From: Trypanosoma brucei
Taxonomy: Eukaryota
Assembly (NCBI GenBank): GCA_000002445.1
Contig: AE017150.2
Coordinates: forward strand, 416,001-480,000
DNA length: 64,000 nt
Direction: 5' to 3'
Below are positions 43,967 to 55,225 of this stretch, piece by piece (within the stretch, counting starts at the first letter, position 1; the number at the start of each line of letters is the position of its first letter). A program made the position numbers and the translations under genes. The notes below the pieces were generated by a model, which saw nothing but the letters and a program-made list of their open reading frames with translations, did not search any database and was not told the DNA's origin.

Positions 43967-44649
43967 TATTTTTCTTCCCCCCCTTTACGGCGGTTAAAGG
44001 GGGAAGAGCTAATGGCAAAAGGTAACGGGTCTACACAATTTGCCACAACTTCTCTTTTTATCACACCCTCAACAAAATAAGCGTTGGGGTGTGCGTGCGT
44101 GTGGCCTTGGACCCTCAACACCAACTTCTACTACTACTACTACTATTGTTCACTTTTTACAGCGATTGAGCACTTCCCAGGTGTAACAAAGCAAACTAAA
44201 TCTTTTAGTGGCTCGAAACGCTCCCTGTAAAACGGGGAGAATGTGTGTGGATACGTAGAGTTACAACGGTGCCGATATGGCGGCTAAGTTCGGATGAAAC
44301 AGGTGAATTCGGTTAAAAGTAAAGGAAAAGGAAAAGAAAAAAAACAGGGGGGAAAAAGAGCTCCAGGGTCGGTGGTGGGTATAAAGAACACAAAGAAATA
44401 TTAGCAAGGAACGTGGTTAAACCATCCCTCAACAACGCAGTGATGTGAAACCCGAAAAAGAGTAAGGTAGGGCAGAAATGCAAGTAAAAAGAGAGAGAAA
44501 AAGCATGAACCACCATACCATCCGTCAACCTCACAATGACAGCGCAACGTCAGAACGCGGCTAGTTCAAAGTGACCAAGGGAATGCTCACGCATAAACAA
44601 CAATAGCAGCAGAACACTGCACTTTTCCGCACGAGCAGTACGCACACGT

Positions 44650-44683
44650 GTATGTATGTATGTGTGTGTGTGTGTGTGTGTGC
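44650..44683. repeat. (GTAT)n followed by a (GT)n microsatellite
   Basis: gtatgtatgtatgtgtgtgtgtgtgtgtgtgtg in an inter-CDS spacer. Confidence 0.9.
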
Positions 44684-44800
44684 CGTAAATCAGTGTACGA
44701 GACAAACATTCCCTTGCGGCATCCATTTCCTTCAATCGCTCCCAACAAAATATCACGATTCACGTGCTGTCGCATTGGGGCGCGTATTAAACGTGCGCTA

Positions 44801-47800
44801 CTACCACAATGAGCCCATCCACCCCTTCACTTTGCCATCGAAACGGTTCGACGATGTCGGCTTGGAGGGACTCCCAAGTGCACTACCAACCAGTGCTCCA
44901 GTGCCCCTTTGAAGGGATGTCGCGCTCAACCCACCAATAATACCACTATCGCCTCTCACGCCCACAGCGACGCTACTACTTTTGTTAAAAGCAAACACGG
45001 CCGTCTTGGTTACACCACCATCCACGATATCTGATCCCAATACCTTCGACGGTGTGAATATCAACGGCAGTAGAGGAAAACGGGGCTTCTCTTTTGTGAT
45101 GCTAATGTCGCCGGCAACAGTCCGCTCCCCTTTCAGGGATGTCCGGCTGTCACCAGTTCCCTTTGCAGTCCAAACTTCCTCCAGAGCTTTGGGGTTCCAT
45201 GAGCCAAAAGAGAGAGCCGTCACGCGAAGCAAGCGGTCGCTTGCTTGCAGAAGTAGCGGTGAAATGACTAACCAAGAAGTGGGGTTTACCCAACCTTCAA
45301 TTGTGCGGAGAACGGCGGTAATGGACGGCGTCGGTGCCCGACTGTTGCCGTCGATGGAGAATAAACCTGAAATGTATAATGAATCAAAATAAACTTGAAA
45401 CAGCAGTTCGTCGTTATCACCAGCACTATCGCCACTCTTACCGGCATTTCCGCTTCTATTTACCGCCGCTATCTCTCTTATCCACGGAAGAACCGCGTTA
45501 AGCAGTGCTGACGAGGTTCCGTCAAGTAACTCATTTATGACCATCGGCAGCACCGTGGCACGTAGACGCTTGTTGACACCATTCTTGAACAACATATGCT
45601 GTACCTGGAAAATAAGTTCATTCACATGCGGGGTGACATGTGTCGGGTGCTTAGTAACTTTCTGTGACTCACATTGTACCCCATCAGGTGTGCTGCAGCT
45701 CCAGCAAGTTGCGTACTCGAGCATGAGCTGTTGTCCGTTGATACAAGATGTCCTCTTGTTGGGATCGAGGGTTGTAGCAGAGGAGTTCAGCGGCGTCTTT
45801 GATCTCGCGAAGAGATGCTCGGGCGCGAAAGCGCGGCGGTAGGCATGACGCACACCATCCTCCCACTCGCTGCGTAACAATTTCACCCACGGCGTATGAC
45901 ATGTTACAATGGCCTCACGTAGTTCCATGGGGAGTGTGCTCGCTACATTTCGTGGGGCTGCAACTTCCAGCACCTGCAACAGCACCTCCACCAGCATGGA
46001 AATGCGGTTGAGTGCTGCCATCACCGTCACCTTCGCCTCAAAGCAGTTGCCTTCCACATTCAGCTCCTCCCACTTCTGAAGTTGCCCCGTGTGGTGCTTT
46101 AACAGCTTACGCACCTGTTGCAGGATATTTGTAAACCACTCCCCTACGAGAACAGAGAGTGTGGGGTGCGAGTCAGACCAGGTTCGCTCCACCTCAAAGA
46201 TACGTTGCAACATGGAATACAGCGAGCCGAACTTCAGAGCAGCCGAGGAATCATCATCGACAGCATCGGTGACGCCCTTTTCTGATTTGTCACTTGCTTT
46301 CTCCATAGCCACTGTCCTTTCCTCCTCTCCTTCATCAACGGAGAACAAATTATCATCACTTCCTGCATCTGTCTCCACGGTTTGCATCACCCATCCACCC
46401 TTGTCTTTATTTACGTTCCCACCGGATGCCCGACAGCCCGCCTTAGAGCTAAGATTGGCCGGCAATCTTCCCTCCTTTGGGGTTGTTTTCGATTTTATTG
46501 CAGTGCACTGCATAATACCCCGAGCCAACGCGGCATTCAAATTCTCGCCCTTCTCCGCTGAAGCCACATTTCGTTTATTTTCATCGCCACCCCCAAAAGA
46601 GGAGCACGGGACCATGCACGTCATTTGGTCGGTGTGAAGCAGCCCAAAGGATGTACTTTCGCTGAAGAAGATGGACCGCTGAAGGACTTTCTGGGCAAAT
46701 GTTGTCACGCTGGGCGGTCCCTCTTGTTTCTGCTGTTGGGGTGGCTGCTCTTCGGCGGAGGCGACAACGGTGCTTTTATATCCTTTCCCCTCACTTATAT
46801 GCTTCAGTATAGCGCCGCAAACTCTATCTGCCCTCTTCAATGCCGCTCCAACAGTCTTCAGGAGTGCAGACTCCGTCGCCTGACGAACCGCTTCCCCCCA
46901 CTTGCGTGCGTCAAACAAGTTAACAGCAGCACCCCCAGAAACAGTTAAGTTACTTCCCTCCTGCGCAGATGAGAGCAACATATCCTGAAGCATTTTCCCC
47001 TGCTGGCGAGCAAGGTGCTGTTGAAGTGAAATCGTGCGCGGGTCGTTTAGCAGCCCGGCACCAGACACATGCAACAGCAACTGGAGCGCCAGCTCCTGTA
47101 CAGCTCGCAGTTGGTGTCCCACCTTGCTAAAAACCGCTGTCTCATCACCGCTAACCCCGCTGCACTTCGCAATCTTTTCATTTGAAGAGAAGGAAGAGAA
47201 TCCCCACTGCAATGGAAGAGGATCCAAGATCTGCATCCCGCAAACCTGCCGCATCACTTCGCAGAGATATAGTGTTCGGTGTCGAGACCGTCGCTCACCG
47301 TCTTGGTTCAATCCCACCATGGAAGAAGAGGCATCCAGTGACCCACATTTGGAATCCCCATCCTTTTTCTCACTATCATCTGTTGCCGAGGCAATTGACC
47401 CGCCGCGTTGCGACGCTGAAAGCGCTTCCCGCGCGAGACTCCCACTCATCCTAACAGACTTAGCGCGTCCTGTTCCGGAGGTCTCGTTATCTCCCTCTGT
47501 GTTTGACTCCTGGGAAGTAAGCTTTGAACGAAGCGCAAGAAGCCCCTGCAGTGCGTATCGCCGCCGCTGAGAATCCACGTAGGCGTCCAACTCCCCCGCA
47601 GAAACCTCGTCAGGTTGCTCTCCACCACGGGAACCGTTCGTTCCCCTTCCTTCCCTCGCTGGACCACTCGGTGAGTACAGCACAGAAGCAACGTATAGGA
47701 CAAGATGGGAGAAGAGGTGTTGTGCGCGCTGTACGATGTGCAGTGCCACGGTAGCTTCGCTTACGACCAACCGTGCGTTGACCCTTGCTTCAGTGCTGCT

Positions 47801-49000
47801 GTTTGCATCCTTCGCCAAAGCGGGGACCCTTGGGGCACTTGTTCCCTCGCTTCTTAAGTAAGGCGGAAGCTCCAGGGCTGCCCGCAGCCACTCCATTCTG
47901 CGAAGTGGGCGTAAACTTCTTCCATCGTCAGTGTTAGTGTCTACAGCCGCTGCCTGCGTAAATGACGTTCCCTTCAGTGCAGCCACGACGTGGTCAAGGT
48001 CAGTCTTAATCATATCGTGAATCGTATCGATAAGGAGTAACAGTGCGTCATTCACTGTTGCGTGCGAAAGCACTCCTAAGGCTTTGTGGACCTCCGTCAT
48101 GTGAGCCAGTGCTCGTGATAAATCACTTTTCCAACCTGTTGCCCTACCCATGAATTCAACACCACCTGATGATGTAAACATGTTTGTGGACGATGTCAAG
48201 GATAAGTCCCCACCACCGCTATCATTTCGATTGGCGTTAGCCACACTCAAAGCGCTTTGTGCGGCCTGTTCTGCATCTTCCCGAAGCAGCCCACGCACTG
48301 CACGTTTGAGACGATGTTCATAGGACTCAACAGCCAGCTTTTCATGAGGCTGTTTCCGTTCCCTTCTTATCTGCAAGAGCAGCGCAGCGGCGTCATAAAG
48401 CTTACGGGCACCCAACAATCCCTCCAGAGCCGCGCACTGCTGAGTGTAAATTAACACGTCTCGTTGTCTATCATCTGCCCCCTCACGCCCCCCTCTTGGC
48501 GTTTCTTCACACACACCCTTCAAAGTCGCGGTTGCCTCATGAGGCAACGGGGACCTCACCACCTCGGAAACCGGTGGCGAAGCACTGCTTGAGTGTCCCA
48601 TATGTCGACTCGTTTGAGTTTTCCCTTCTCCCACATTCTTCGCGCGCGGACTTTTACCTCCATGGGGGGATATGGTCCGCAAAACGGGTGACGAGACCCC
48701 CCTTGGGCTCTGCGGCATTGTCAGACGCGACTGTGAATATTGATTCTCCAACTGTTGCTGTTTTTTCTCCTCCTGCATTTGCTTTTGCAGACGCAGCAAC
48801 TTCCTGCATGCCTGTTCTACGACGACCACCTGGTCACAAGCGGCAACGAGGCCCCGGTAGCTTTGGCCGACAAGTTGTTTGAGTCTCTCATCACTTTCTT
48901 GAATGCCTGGTGTTATACGGCTCAGGTAGTCGCGGGCCTGATCCACGCTATTGTTGGTGAAAATGCGTCGCACTTCCTGAATGGCTTCCTCCGATGACAT
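44801..49000 (-). CDS. Large protein (about 1399 aa) with a COG1/Vps51-type N-terminal motif, a candidate Golgi/endosomal tethering-complex subunit
   Basis: The N-terminus (VDQARDYLSRITPGIQESDERLKQLVGQSYRGLVAACDQVVVVEQA) matches the Vps51/COG1 signature (EE.R.LVGE.YRDLI.AADTI). The track ORF begins at TTG (49079-49081). I trimmed to the first in-frame ATG at 49000 (MSSEEAIQ...), which also lies just downstream of a polypyrimidine tract plus AG. The functional call is tentative. Confidence 0.45.
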   Translation of the reverse strand: MSSEEAIQEVRRIFTNNSVDQARDYLSRITPGIQESDERLKQLVGQSYRGLVAACDQVVVVEQACRKLLRLQKQMQEEKKQQQLENQYSQSRLTMPQSPRGVSSPVLRTISPHGGKSPRAKNVGEGKTQTSRHMGHSSSASPPVSEVVRSPLPHEATATLKGVCEETPRGGREGADDRQRDVLIYTQQCAALEGLLGARKLYDAAALLLQIRRERKQPHEKLAVESYEHRLKRAVRGLLREDAEQAAQSALSVANANRNDSGGGDLSLTSSTNMFTSSGGVEFMGRATGWKSDLSRALAHMTEVHKALGVLSHATVNDALLLLIDTIHDMIKTDLDHVVAALKGTSFTQAAAVDTNTDDGRSLRPLRRMEWLRAALELPPYLRSEGTSAPRVPALAKDANSSTEARVNARLVVSEATVALHIVQRAQHLFSHLVLYVASVLYSPSGPAREGRGTNGSRGGEQPDEVSAGELDAYVDSQRRRYALQGLLALRSKLTSQESNTEGDNETSGTGRAKSVRMSGSLAREALSASQRGGSIASATDDSEKKDGDSKCGSLDASSSMVGLNQDGERRSRHRTLYLCEVMRQVCGMQILDPLPLQWGFSSFSSNEKIAKCSGVSGDETAVFSKVGHQLRAVQELALQLLLHVSGAGLLNDPRTISLQQHLARQQGKMLQDMLLSSAQEGSNLTVSGGAAVNLFDARKWGEAVRQATESALLKTVGAALKRADRVCGAILKHISEGKGYKSTVVASAEEQPPQQQKQEGPPSVTTFAQKVLQRSIFFSESTSFGLLHTDQMTCMVPCSSFGGGDENKRNVASAEKGENLNAALARGIMQCTAIKSKTTPKEGRLPANLSSKAGCRASGGNVNKDKGGWVMQTVETDAGSDDNLFSVDEGEEERTVAMEKASDKSEKGVTDAVDDDSSAALKFGSLYSMLQRIFEVERTWSDSHPTLSVLVGEWFTNILQQVRKLLKHHTGQLQKWEELNVEGNCFEAKVTVMAALNRISMLVEVLLQVLEVAAPRNVASTLPMELREAIVTCHTPWVKLLRSEWEDGVRHAYRRAFAPEHLFARSKTPLNSSATTLDPNKRTSCINGQQLMLEYATCWSCSTPDGVQCESQKVTKHPTHVTPHVNELIFQVQHMLFKNGVNKRLRATVLPMVINELLDGTSSALLNAVLPWIREIAAVNRSGNAGKSGDSAGDNDELLFQVYFDSLYISGLFSIDGNSRAPTPSITAVLRTIEGWVNPTSWLVISPLLLQASDRLLRVTALSFGSWNPKALEEVWTAKGTGDSRTSLKGERTVAGDISITKEKPRFPLLPLIFTPSKVLGSDIVDGGVTKTAVFAFNKSSSVAVGVRGDSGIIGGLSATSLQRGTGALVGSALGSPSKPTSSNRFDGKVKGWMGSLW

Positions 49001-49074
49001 GGCGTGCCGAAAAGCGTGTTGAAAATTTCCTAAGCAACGTTCCCTACGGTTGTCTTGCCTCTTGCGTACTGTTC

Positions 49075-49098
49075 TTTTCAAACAAAAGAGAAGGACGG
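49075..49098 (-). promoter_or_regulatory. Polypyrimidine tract (minus strand): candidate trans-splice acceptor region for the COG1/Vps51-like gene
   Basis: Plus strand reads ttcaaacaaaagagaaggacgg. This overlaps the TTG pseudo-start of the track ORF and supports the downstream ATG at 49000. Confidence 0.35.
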
Positions 49099-49829
49099 CG
49101 CCAGCGAAATATGGCCGATGGTGGAGTATTCCCTCGTTTTCTTCCCTTTTAAACTTGTTGATTTAACTCCCTTTTCTCCCGCAGCACCCGGTACGGGGAC
49201 TATCAGCGACTGTGTTCCTTTGGTCCCCTGCACGGTGTAAGGCCTCCTCTCAGCACTCCCGTTGCAAATCAGAAGCGAAAAGAGGTATGAAGAGGGTTGC
49301 AGTAAGTGATAATAAAGGAATAAGACAGCTAACACGTAAACGGAAGCACGTAGGGGAAGGGAGGAGGTGGGGGAATGAAATCGATGCACGGGTTCCATTT
49401 CGATAGAATTGCGAGAGGAAGTGTTATAGGGTAAAGAAAACAGGCTCTCTTTCAGAGAAAATGCCTGCAAAGGCCACTACGTGTAAAACATGAGAGCGGT
49501 GGAAAAACATTAAAAAAAAATCTTTGACGCAACAGCTGGACTTTTGGTTGCGCTATAAAATATCATACAACCGTGCTGACACCAGCTGGCACGAAGAAAT
49601 AATAGAGTATATGGAAACAAAGGAAGAAGAACCTGGCATGAGCACACACATGCACACGCATAGACACAGAATAGTACTTAAAAACAATAGAAGTATGGTT
49701 AAACAATGAGTGTATGCTTTTATAACTTCTATGCCTTGCGTGACCAGCATTGGTTTGCTAAGCATAAAAAAGAAATGGCATAGTTATCGACAATAAAAAC
49801 ACCACATATCTATATTCATCGTTACGCAG

Positions 49830-52454
49830 CTACAATCCACTGCACACTTCTCCACAGTGGTACCATTTCCAAGGGCTTTTGGCATTCTTTTGCACACAGC
49901 CGAAATCATCTTCTTGAGTGCATATCATTCTGCCACTGCGACTTGAGCGCAACCCAACATGCTGAAGAAACGACTCGCGAGAGCGGCGGGATCCGAGTCC
50001 ATATTTCTCCACGTGTTTAAGCGCCGCTTCCCCGTCACTTCTCAACCCCCGCGCAGCGTTGGATTGGCCAAATAGCACAAAGTTCAAGCGCACCAAACCC
50101 CGCAATCGCGCATCCCTCACTTTAGAGGACATGTTTGCGACTTTGTTATTACCGCTTGTTCCATTCCCGGCACCTTTTGCGTGGACGACAGCTGCAAAAG
50201 CAATGGGCTCAGTCGGGGCGTAAAAATCCCAGCCGTGCGTCCACAACCGCCCCGCAAGTAAAACGGCCTCTTCATCTGGTGTCAGGAAACCCATGTACGG
50301 GTCCAGTGGAACGTGATTCCCAGCATTGCCACTGCTACTATTATTGTGGCTATTTTGGTGGTCTGCTGCGTCATGCGAGAAATCAAAGAAGGCACCTGCG
50401 CGAGTGAAAAGGAAATCTGTGCTTAACCACGGTTGCGAAAGTGACGAAGGAAAGCTTTCCTGTCGCCTGCTTCCAAGGCACACCGCATCATTCTTCTCAT
50501 TACACCAATGGATGGGTAGAGGCTCCATATACCGCCGATCGCGCAGGACATATGTGAGGCGGCGCCTGGACTCATATCTCAATTTGAATTTTGCTCCCTC
50601 TCCCCCCGACACAGTGGCGCTAACGTCCTCCCCATTTTCCACGTTGCCACAACCACTGCTGCCGCCGTCGCTTTTCGCATCGCACACTTTCCGGCAACCT
50701 TCTTCGCTGTGCTGCATCTTTACTGCCACACCACATACGTAGGAGGTGGTGTTTTGTTCACTCATACTTGTCAGCAGTTTCTTACGAAGTGGTTCACGCA
50801 ATTTCTTCATCCAATACAATTGGGCACTATTTGGCATCCGGGTTCTCACATTTGGGATCGAGGCTCCGTTTCGCGGGTAGTTGAGAGGTTCTGCTCCAGA
50901 GGTTGCTTCACCGCCATCTTCCTCTGTGGGAAGTCGGAAAAGGAACTCCACAACATCTTCACTCCCGAATCCTCTGGCGCCTTCCGCAGCACTTTCGCCG
51001 TTTCCATCCCCCTTCTCTTTGTCCTCCATTCCATCGGAACTGTGTAAACGCAGTCCTTCAAGATCGTACAGAGCAGATCCACTCCTTTTCTTTGAAGGAT
51101 TTCTCTCGTGAGCTACGTTGAAGTAATCTTCCGTCCCTCCCCTTTCCTTTCCACGTTGGTCATCACGGAATTGTTGATCCCCATGATCCTTAACCCCTTC
51201 ATGTCTGTGACCTTCATTGCTTACGTGGCGGACCACAACTTCTTCCCATGCGCGATGCACCACATCTCGCTGTATGATGTTTGCCATCTGCGAGAGTATA
51301 GGCCGTCGTGACGGGAGCCTTAGTAGCATGAGCCGCGCTGTCACATCCCATGAGGGCACTAACAACACGCCTGCATTAAGAAACATCACGTATGTTTCGC
51401 CGCGATACAGGGCGAGCGTTGCATACCGCTGGGAGGCAATGGAGGTAAAGTCACTGAGCCCTCCACTTGCATCACTCCCACTTGAAGCATCCCCATCCCT
51501 GTAACCAGCATGCTCGTAGTCGTCCTCAGCTCTTCGACTGCGTGGATTTTCTTTTTTTTCACTCACCTTGACGTTACCTTCGCCTCCACCCATATTGCTT
51601 CCTTTGCTGTGCCTTCGTGACTTAGCCGACACACGCAGTTGCCGCAGCCGTATGTTGTCCCGTGGACAGAATCCATACCGTTCGGCGCACGTGTGAGACT
51701 GATAAGCAACAGGAATACATGGAGACGATGGTGGGAAAGGCCACCGGGACGAGTTGTGACCTCCGCGCCCACCCGATTCCTCAGCCGTCATTACGTCGGG
51801 GAGGAACTCAACGATACCGGTGAAAATAGCAACTGACCAAAGTGCCGATTCATATAAGTTGTGAACTGTCATAGCACACACACTCTCTAGAGAAACAGAC
51901 CTTCTCATACGAACCAGTGGCGTTTCATGGTGCAGAAGACCAACGAAGATACTACCCTCGAGCCCGTAGCCGCGGCGTGCGACATGAGTTGGACTCCAGT
52001 ACGTGTCGGAATGTGTGACATTCTTTATGGAGCCATTGTCCAACCTCTTTTCTAACTCATTGTTGAACTTAGGAAGCTGCGTTTCATAGTATTCCAGCAA
52101 AATGGCCGCGGGCGTTGCATTCGGGGGCAAACCAAACATATCCGTGGCTCCTCCAGCTGCCGCTACTGATGCAGGCATTCCATCAGTTTCCTGGTCCACG
52201 AATGCCGTCAATACTGACAGAAGTTTCGTGGTAAATGAAAAAACCGCTGGCGAGGCCCGCAAGTTTCCGACCCCTGGCAAACCACCCCGAACAGCATGGC
52301 TTCCTTCACCAATGTGGCCACCTCTCATTCTGTTTTTACGCTCGCGCGACATATTATTCCATAACAAGAAGGTAACCATGACTAAGGCTGGGAGCACCAT
52401 ATACATCGGGACGGTTATGCAACGCCGGCCCCGACGCCGTGTTTCTGAGCGCAT
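49830..52454 (-). CDS. Divergent GT60-like (polypeptide alpha-GlcNAc-transferase-like) type II membrane protein lacking the DxH motif, about 874 aa; paralog of 55226-57475
   Basis: N-terminal signal-anchor (VPMYMVLPALVMVTFLLW). It aligns with the neighbouring paralog through LYRGETYV, FLFTRAG, VPLDP and RLWTHGWD blocks. The position of the paralog's LILDSHTRF motif reads MFLNAGVLL here. The track ORF starts at GTG, so I trimmed to the first ATG at 52454. Confidence 0.6.
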   Translation of the reverse strand: MRSETRRRGRRCITVPMYMVLPALVMVTFLLWNNMSRERKNRMRGGHIGEGSHAVRGGLPGVGNLRASPAVFSFTTKLLSVLTAFVDQETDGMPASVAAAGGATDMFGLPPNATPAAILLEYYETQLPKFNNELEKRLDNGSIKNVTHSDTYWSPTHVARRGYGLEGSIFVGLLHHETPLVRMRRSVSLESVCAMTVHNLYESALWSVAIFTGIVEFLPDVMTAEESGGRGGHNSSRWPFPPSSPCIPVAYQSHTCAERYGFCPRDNIRLRQLRVSAKSRRHSKGSNMGGGEGNVKVSEKKENPRSRRAEDDYEHAGYRDGDASSGSDASGGLSDFTSIASQRYATLALYRGETYVMFLNAGVLLVPSWDVTARLMLLRLPSRRPILSQMANIIQRDVVHRAWEEVVVRHVSNEGHRHEGVKDHGDQQFRDDQRGKERGGTEDYFNVAHERNPSKKRSGSALYDLEGLRLHSSDGMEDKEKGDGNGESAAEGARGFGSEDVVEFLFRLPTEEDGGEATSGAEPLNYPRNGASIPNVRTRMPNSAQLYWMKKLREPLRKKLLTSMSEQNTTSYVCGVAVKMQHSEEGCRKVCDAKSDGGSSGCGNVENGEDVSATVSGGEGAKFKLRYESRRRLTYVLRDRRYMEPLPIHWCNEKNDAVCLGSRRQESFPSSLSQPWLSTDFLFTRAGAFFDFSHDAADHQNSHNNSSSGNAGNHVPLDPYMGFLTPDEEAVLLAGRLWTHGWDFYAPTEPIAFAAVVHAKGAGNGTSGNNKVANMSSKVRDARLRGLVRLNFVLFGQSNAARGLRSDGEAALKHVEKYGLGSRRSRESFLQHVGLRSSRSGRMICTQEDDFGCVQKNAKSPWKWYHCGEVCSGL

Positions 52455-52570
52455 GGGTTCGGCTACACTGTTTGAGGCGCTGCGAATTTTTGTGACGCGC
52501 TCCACCGAGCTTACGTCTCGGATTCTCGAGAACCCTTTCTTGCTATGCGCGCGCAGATCCTAGAACTAGG

Positions 52571-52660
52571 TAAATGAAATGGAAAATAATAATAATAATA
52601 ATAAAAAACGGGAGAAGAAGGTACGACCAAAGGAACAAGAAGGTAAGGAAAGTAAATGGA
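52571..52660 (-). promoter_or_regulatory. Polypyrimidine tract (minus strand): candidate trans-splice acceptor region for the divergent GT60-like gene
   Basis: Plus strand is purine-rich ((aat)n, aaaaaacgggagaagaaggtacgaccaaaggaacaagaaggtaaggaaag). The first ATG downstream after AG dinucleotides is 52454. Confidence 0.35.
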
Positions 52661-53405
52661 AAGCCGTTCGGCCGCAAAACAAGCCTAACACAATTTGGAG
52701 GCAGGAAATGATGAAATGCACAAGAAACAGTAGAAGTAAGTGCATCTGGGAGTTATAAATTGGATCATGACGACTTTTCTTTCTTTTCTACCATCTTACA
52801 GATACATGGGAAACACTATCCTAGAGCAGACGTAAAGCCTCGGCGTGTTGGCTCATCTACCCTAAGAACTCTTCATTTCCCCTCTCTCTGTTCCGTGTGC
52901 ACTTCGCCCCATGTCTTTAAAATCAGGAGAGGATCTGGGCTAGTTCCACGGCATTCATTTCCTTCCCTTTTCGTTATCCTCACTTCGTTCGGCGCATATG
53001 CACCTTCTTGACATTCTTCACTAACTATCGGCGCCTCTCCTAAACCACATCACCCTCACAAATGGAAGGAATGCACAACTCACCCTTCAATGCTTTCTAT
53101 CCGGCAACTCAAATTGTGTTTCGCCCCCCCAAATCGGTAAAAGGAAGAAAAGAGTTGGCTCAAACACTCACAAGAAGGAAAGAAAAAAAAGGCGATGATT
53201 AGAATCCTCTCCCCACTCAAAGACTTAACCACGCAAAACGGGGGGAACCGGTCAGGAGGACATAACAAAGAAGTCCACACAGTCAAGGGGAAAAGTGCAA
53301 GGAGAGAGAAAGAGAGCAGCGCATGAAGGTCGGGGAGGGCCGGGCCGCTTCCACACTGAAAGTCGACACGTGACGAATCGGGCGAAAAGCAAAAAAGTAC
53401 CGGAA

Positions 53406-53892
53406 CTATCGACGGCCACCCTTACGCTTTTTATTGCCGCCACCATGCTGCTGCTGCTGCTGCTGCTTCTGCGAGGTATTGCCTTTACCACCACCACTTT
53501 CTGCCGACTTCCCTCCAGATTTGTTGCCACCAGCAGGGACCGTACCATCAGTTTCCTTTCCAGAGGACTTCTGCCGTGGAGATGCGGCATTTATGTTAGG
53601 AACCCCCGTTCCTCCTCCTCCTCCTCCGGTGGCCGCTGAAGGCGGTGGGGCTGTGAGGGAGACGGTGCAGCGGGAGACGAAGTCATGGACGATTTCCTCC
53701 ACAATTTTGAGCTCCCCCTGATTTTTCACACGTGTTGTGAGGGTTGTGCGACCATCGGTGGACTTCAAAACAAACGTCTTGCGTCCGCTCGAAGGCCGCA
53801 CACGCAACATCAAACGCGACTTCTTCACGCCGCTCAGCTCAACCATACGGCGTGTAGCCTTGGCGAAGTCCTTCAGCGGCAGATTAACCATT
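53406..53892 (-). CDS. Small basic protein (about 161 aa) with an SRP9/SRP14-fold-like core and a Gly/Lys-rich tail
   Basis: The core FAKATRRMVELSGVKKSRLMLRVRPSSGRKTFVLKSTDGRTTLTTRVKNQGELKIVEEIVHDFV can be threaded onto SRP9 (F.[59 protein letters not shown]). The C-terminal tail is GGGGGGTG...GGKSAESGGGKGN...KKRKGGRR. The track ORF starts at GTG (54065). In-frame ATGs occur at 53925 and 53892. The polypyrimidine tract at 53931-53978 followed by the first AG favours 53892. Confidence 0.4.
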
Positions 53893-53930
53893 TCCCCTTC
53901 CCGTGGTTGACTCTTCACCACCATCCAATC

Positions 53931-53978
53931 CAAAAAAAAAGAGAAAAAAGAAAAGGAGATAAAGGAGATAAAGAAAAG
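53931..53978 (-). promoter_or_regulatory. Polypyrimidine tract (on the minus strand) with a downstream AG: candidate spliced-leader trans-splice acceptor region for the SRP9/14-like gene
   Basis: Plus strand reads ccaaaaaaaaagagaaaaaagaaaaggagataaaggagataaagaaaag, which is C/T-rich on the transcribed strand. The first AG downstream lies between the two candidate ATGs. Confidence 0.4.
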
Positions 53979-55225
53979 TTGTAAGTGGTAAACGTCAAGG
54001 GCAGAAGCAGTCAGCGAATGTGAAAACGTGGTGTCAATCGTACACACAGCGCATCTTCTTTCCACTTTTTTCCTCTACTCACAGGTCACTCTCGAAATTT
54101 CCCTCCCCCAAACGTCCCGGGTACGCACAAAACGTGATACGGTGTAAAGCATGTGGGATCAGATTGTTCGCGAAATCGTGTTTGCATTTAAATACACACA
54201 CACACATATAAATATAAATATAAATATATATATATACAAGCATATATATTCGTTCGCAAAGTGTGCGTGCGCGTGTGGAAACTCCTTGTTGCTGAGGCCC
54301 TCGTGTGTCTGCCCAGTATAACTTCTGTAACCATTCAAATGAAAAGGAGGTGCACGAAATGACTATGGGTGACGGTGCGAAGACAGGTATCCGGCAACTG
54401 TTGTTGTGATTTTGCTGAGGCAGCAAAGTTTCCCGGTTCCATCCCTTTCATTCACCGGACTACTATTGCAGTAGGATAAAATATACAGTCAACTTCATAG
54501 CGTCCCACGCCAAGTAAATGAAATGATGAGGTGAAGGCCAGCGACTTCACAATGAGGCATAGACGACTGATTGTAGGAGAATACGAATAACAGCACAGCG
54601 GCTATTAAATATAAAAGGGAATAACTTTTTTTTTTTGAATTTGGGGGATAAATATAACACAATAAAACGCTTTTCAACACACCGACAAACTGCACCCAAA
54701 TGCAAGCATGCATACGGTACGAAGAGAGGGTTTCCATCTCGACTGGACTCCTGACCCGTTGTGCTAACGGTTTTCAATCCTTTTCGCCTCTTTTATTCAT
54801 TCATTCATTCGTCTCCTCTCCGATGCCTGTGTTTAGGATGAGTTACGCGGCACTCCTGCGTGTCAATAGGACGAACTGGAGCTGCAACACAAATTATGGG
54901 ATCAATGGCCACCGCAATGATTAAAAGGGGGACGAAGGCAAAGCAAAACAAAACAACAAAACGAGCTGCAAGAAGAAATAAACGCCGCAAACAAGTTCAA
55001 ACAATGTCCCTCAAACTTGTCTTCACCTTCACAACGGTTGTGGACAACTTTGTGTTCGAGCAAAGTGACAGGGAGCGAGCAGCTTCAAAAGTTAAAAAGA
55101 AAAAACTAAACTAATGGGTTTAGGAAAGTTGCACACAAAGGTAAAGTTCGATAAGCGTAAAATGGCGTAAACGATGAACAATGAAGCGTAGAGATGGAGG
55201 AGGAGTCCACCCTAATGGGACCACA

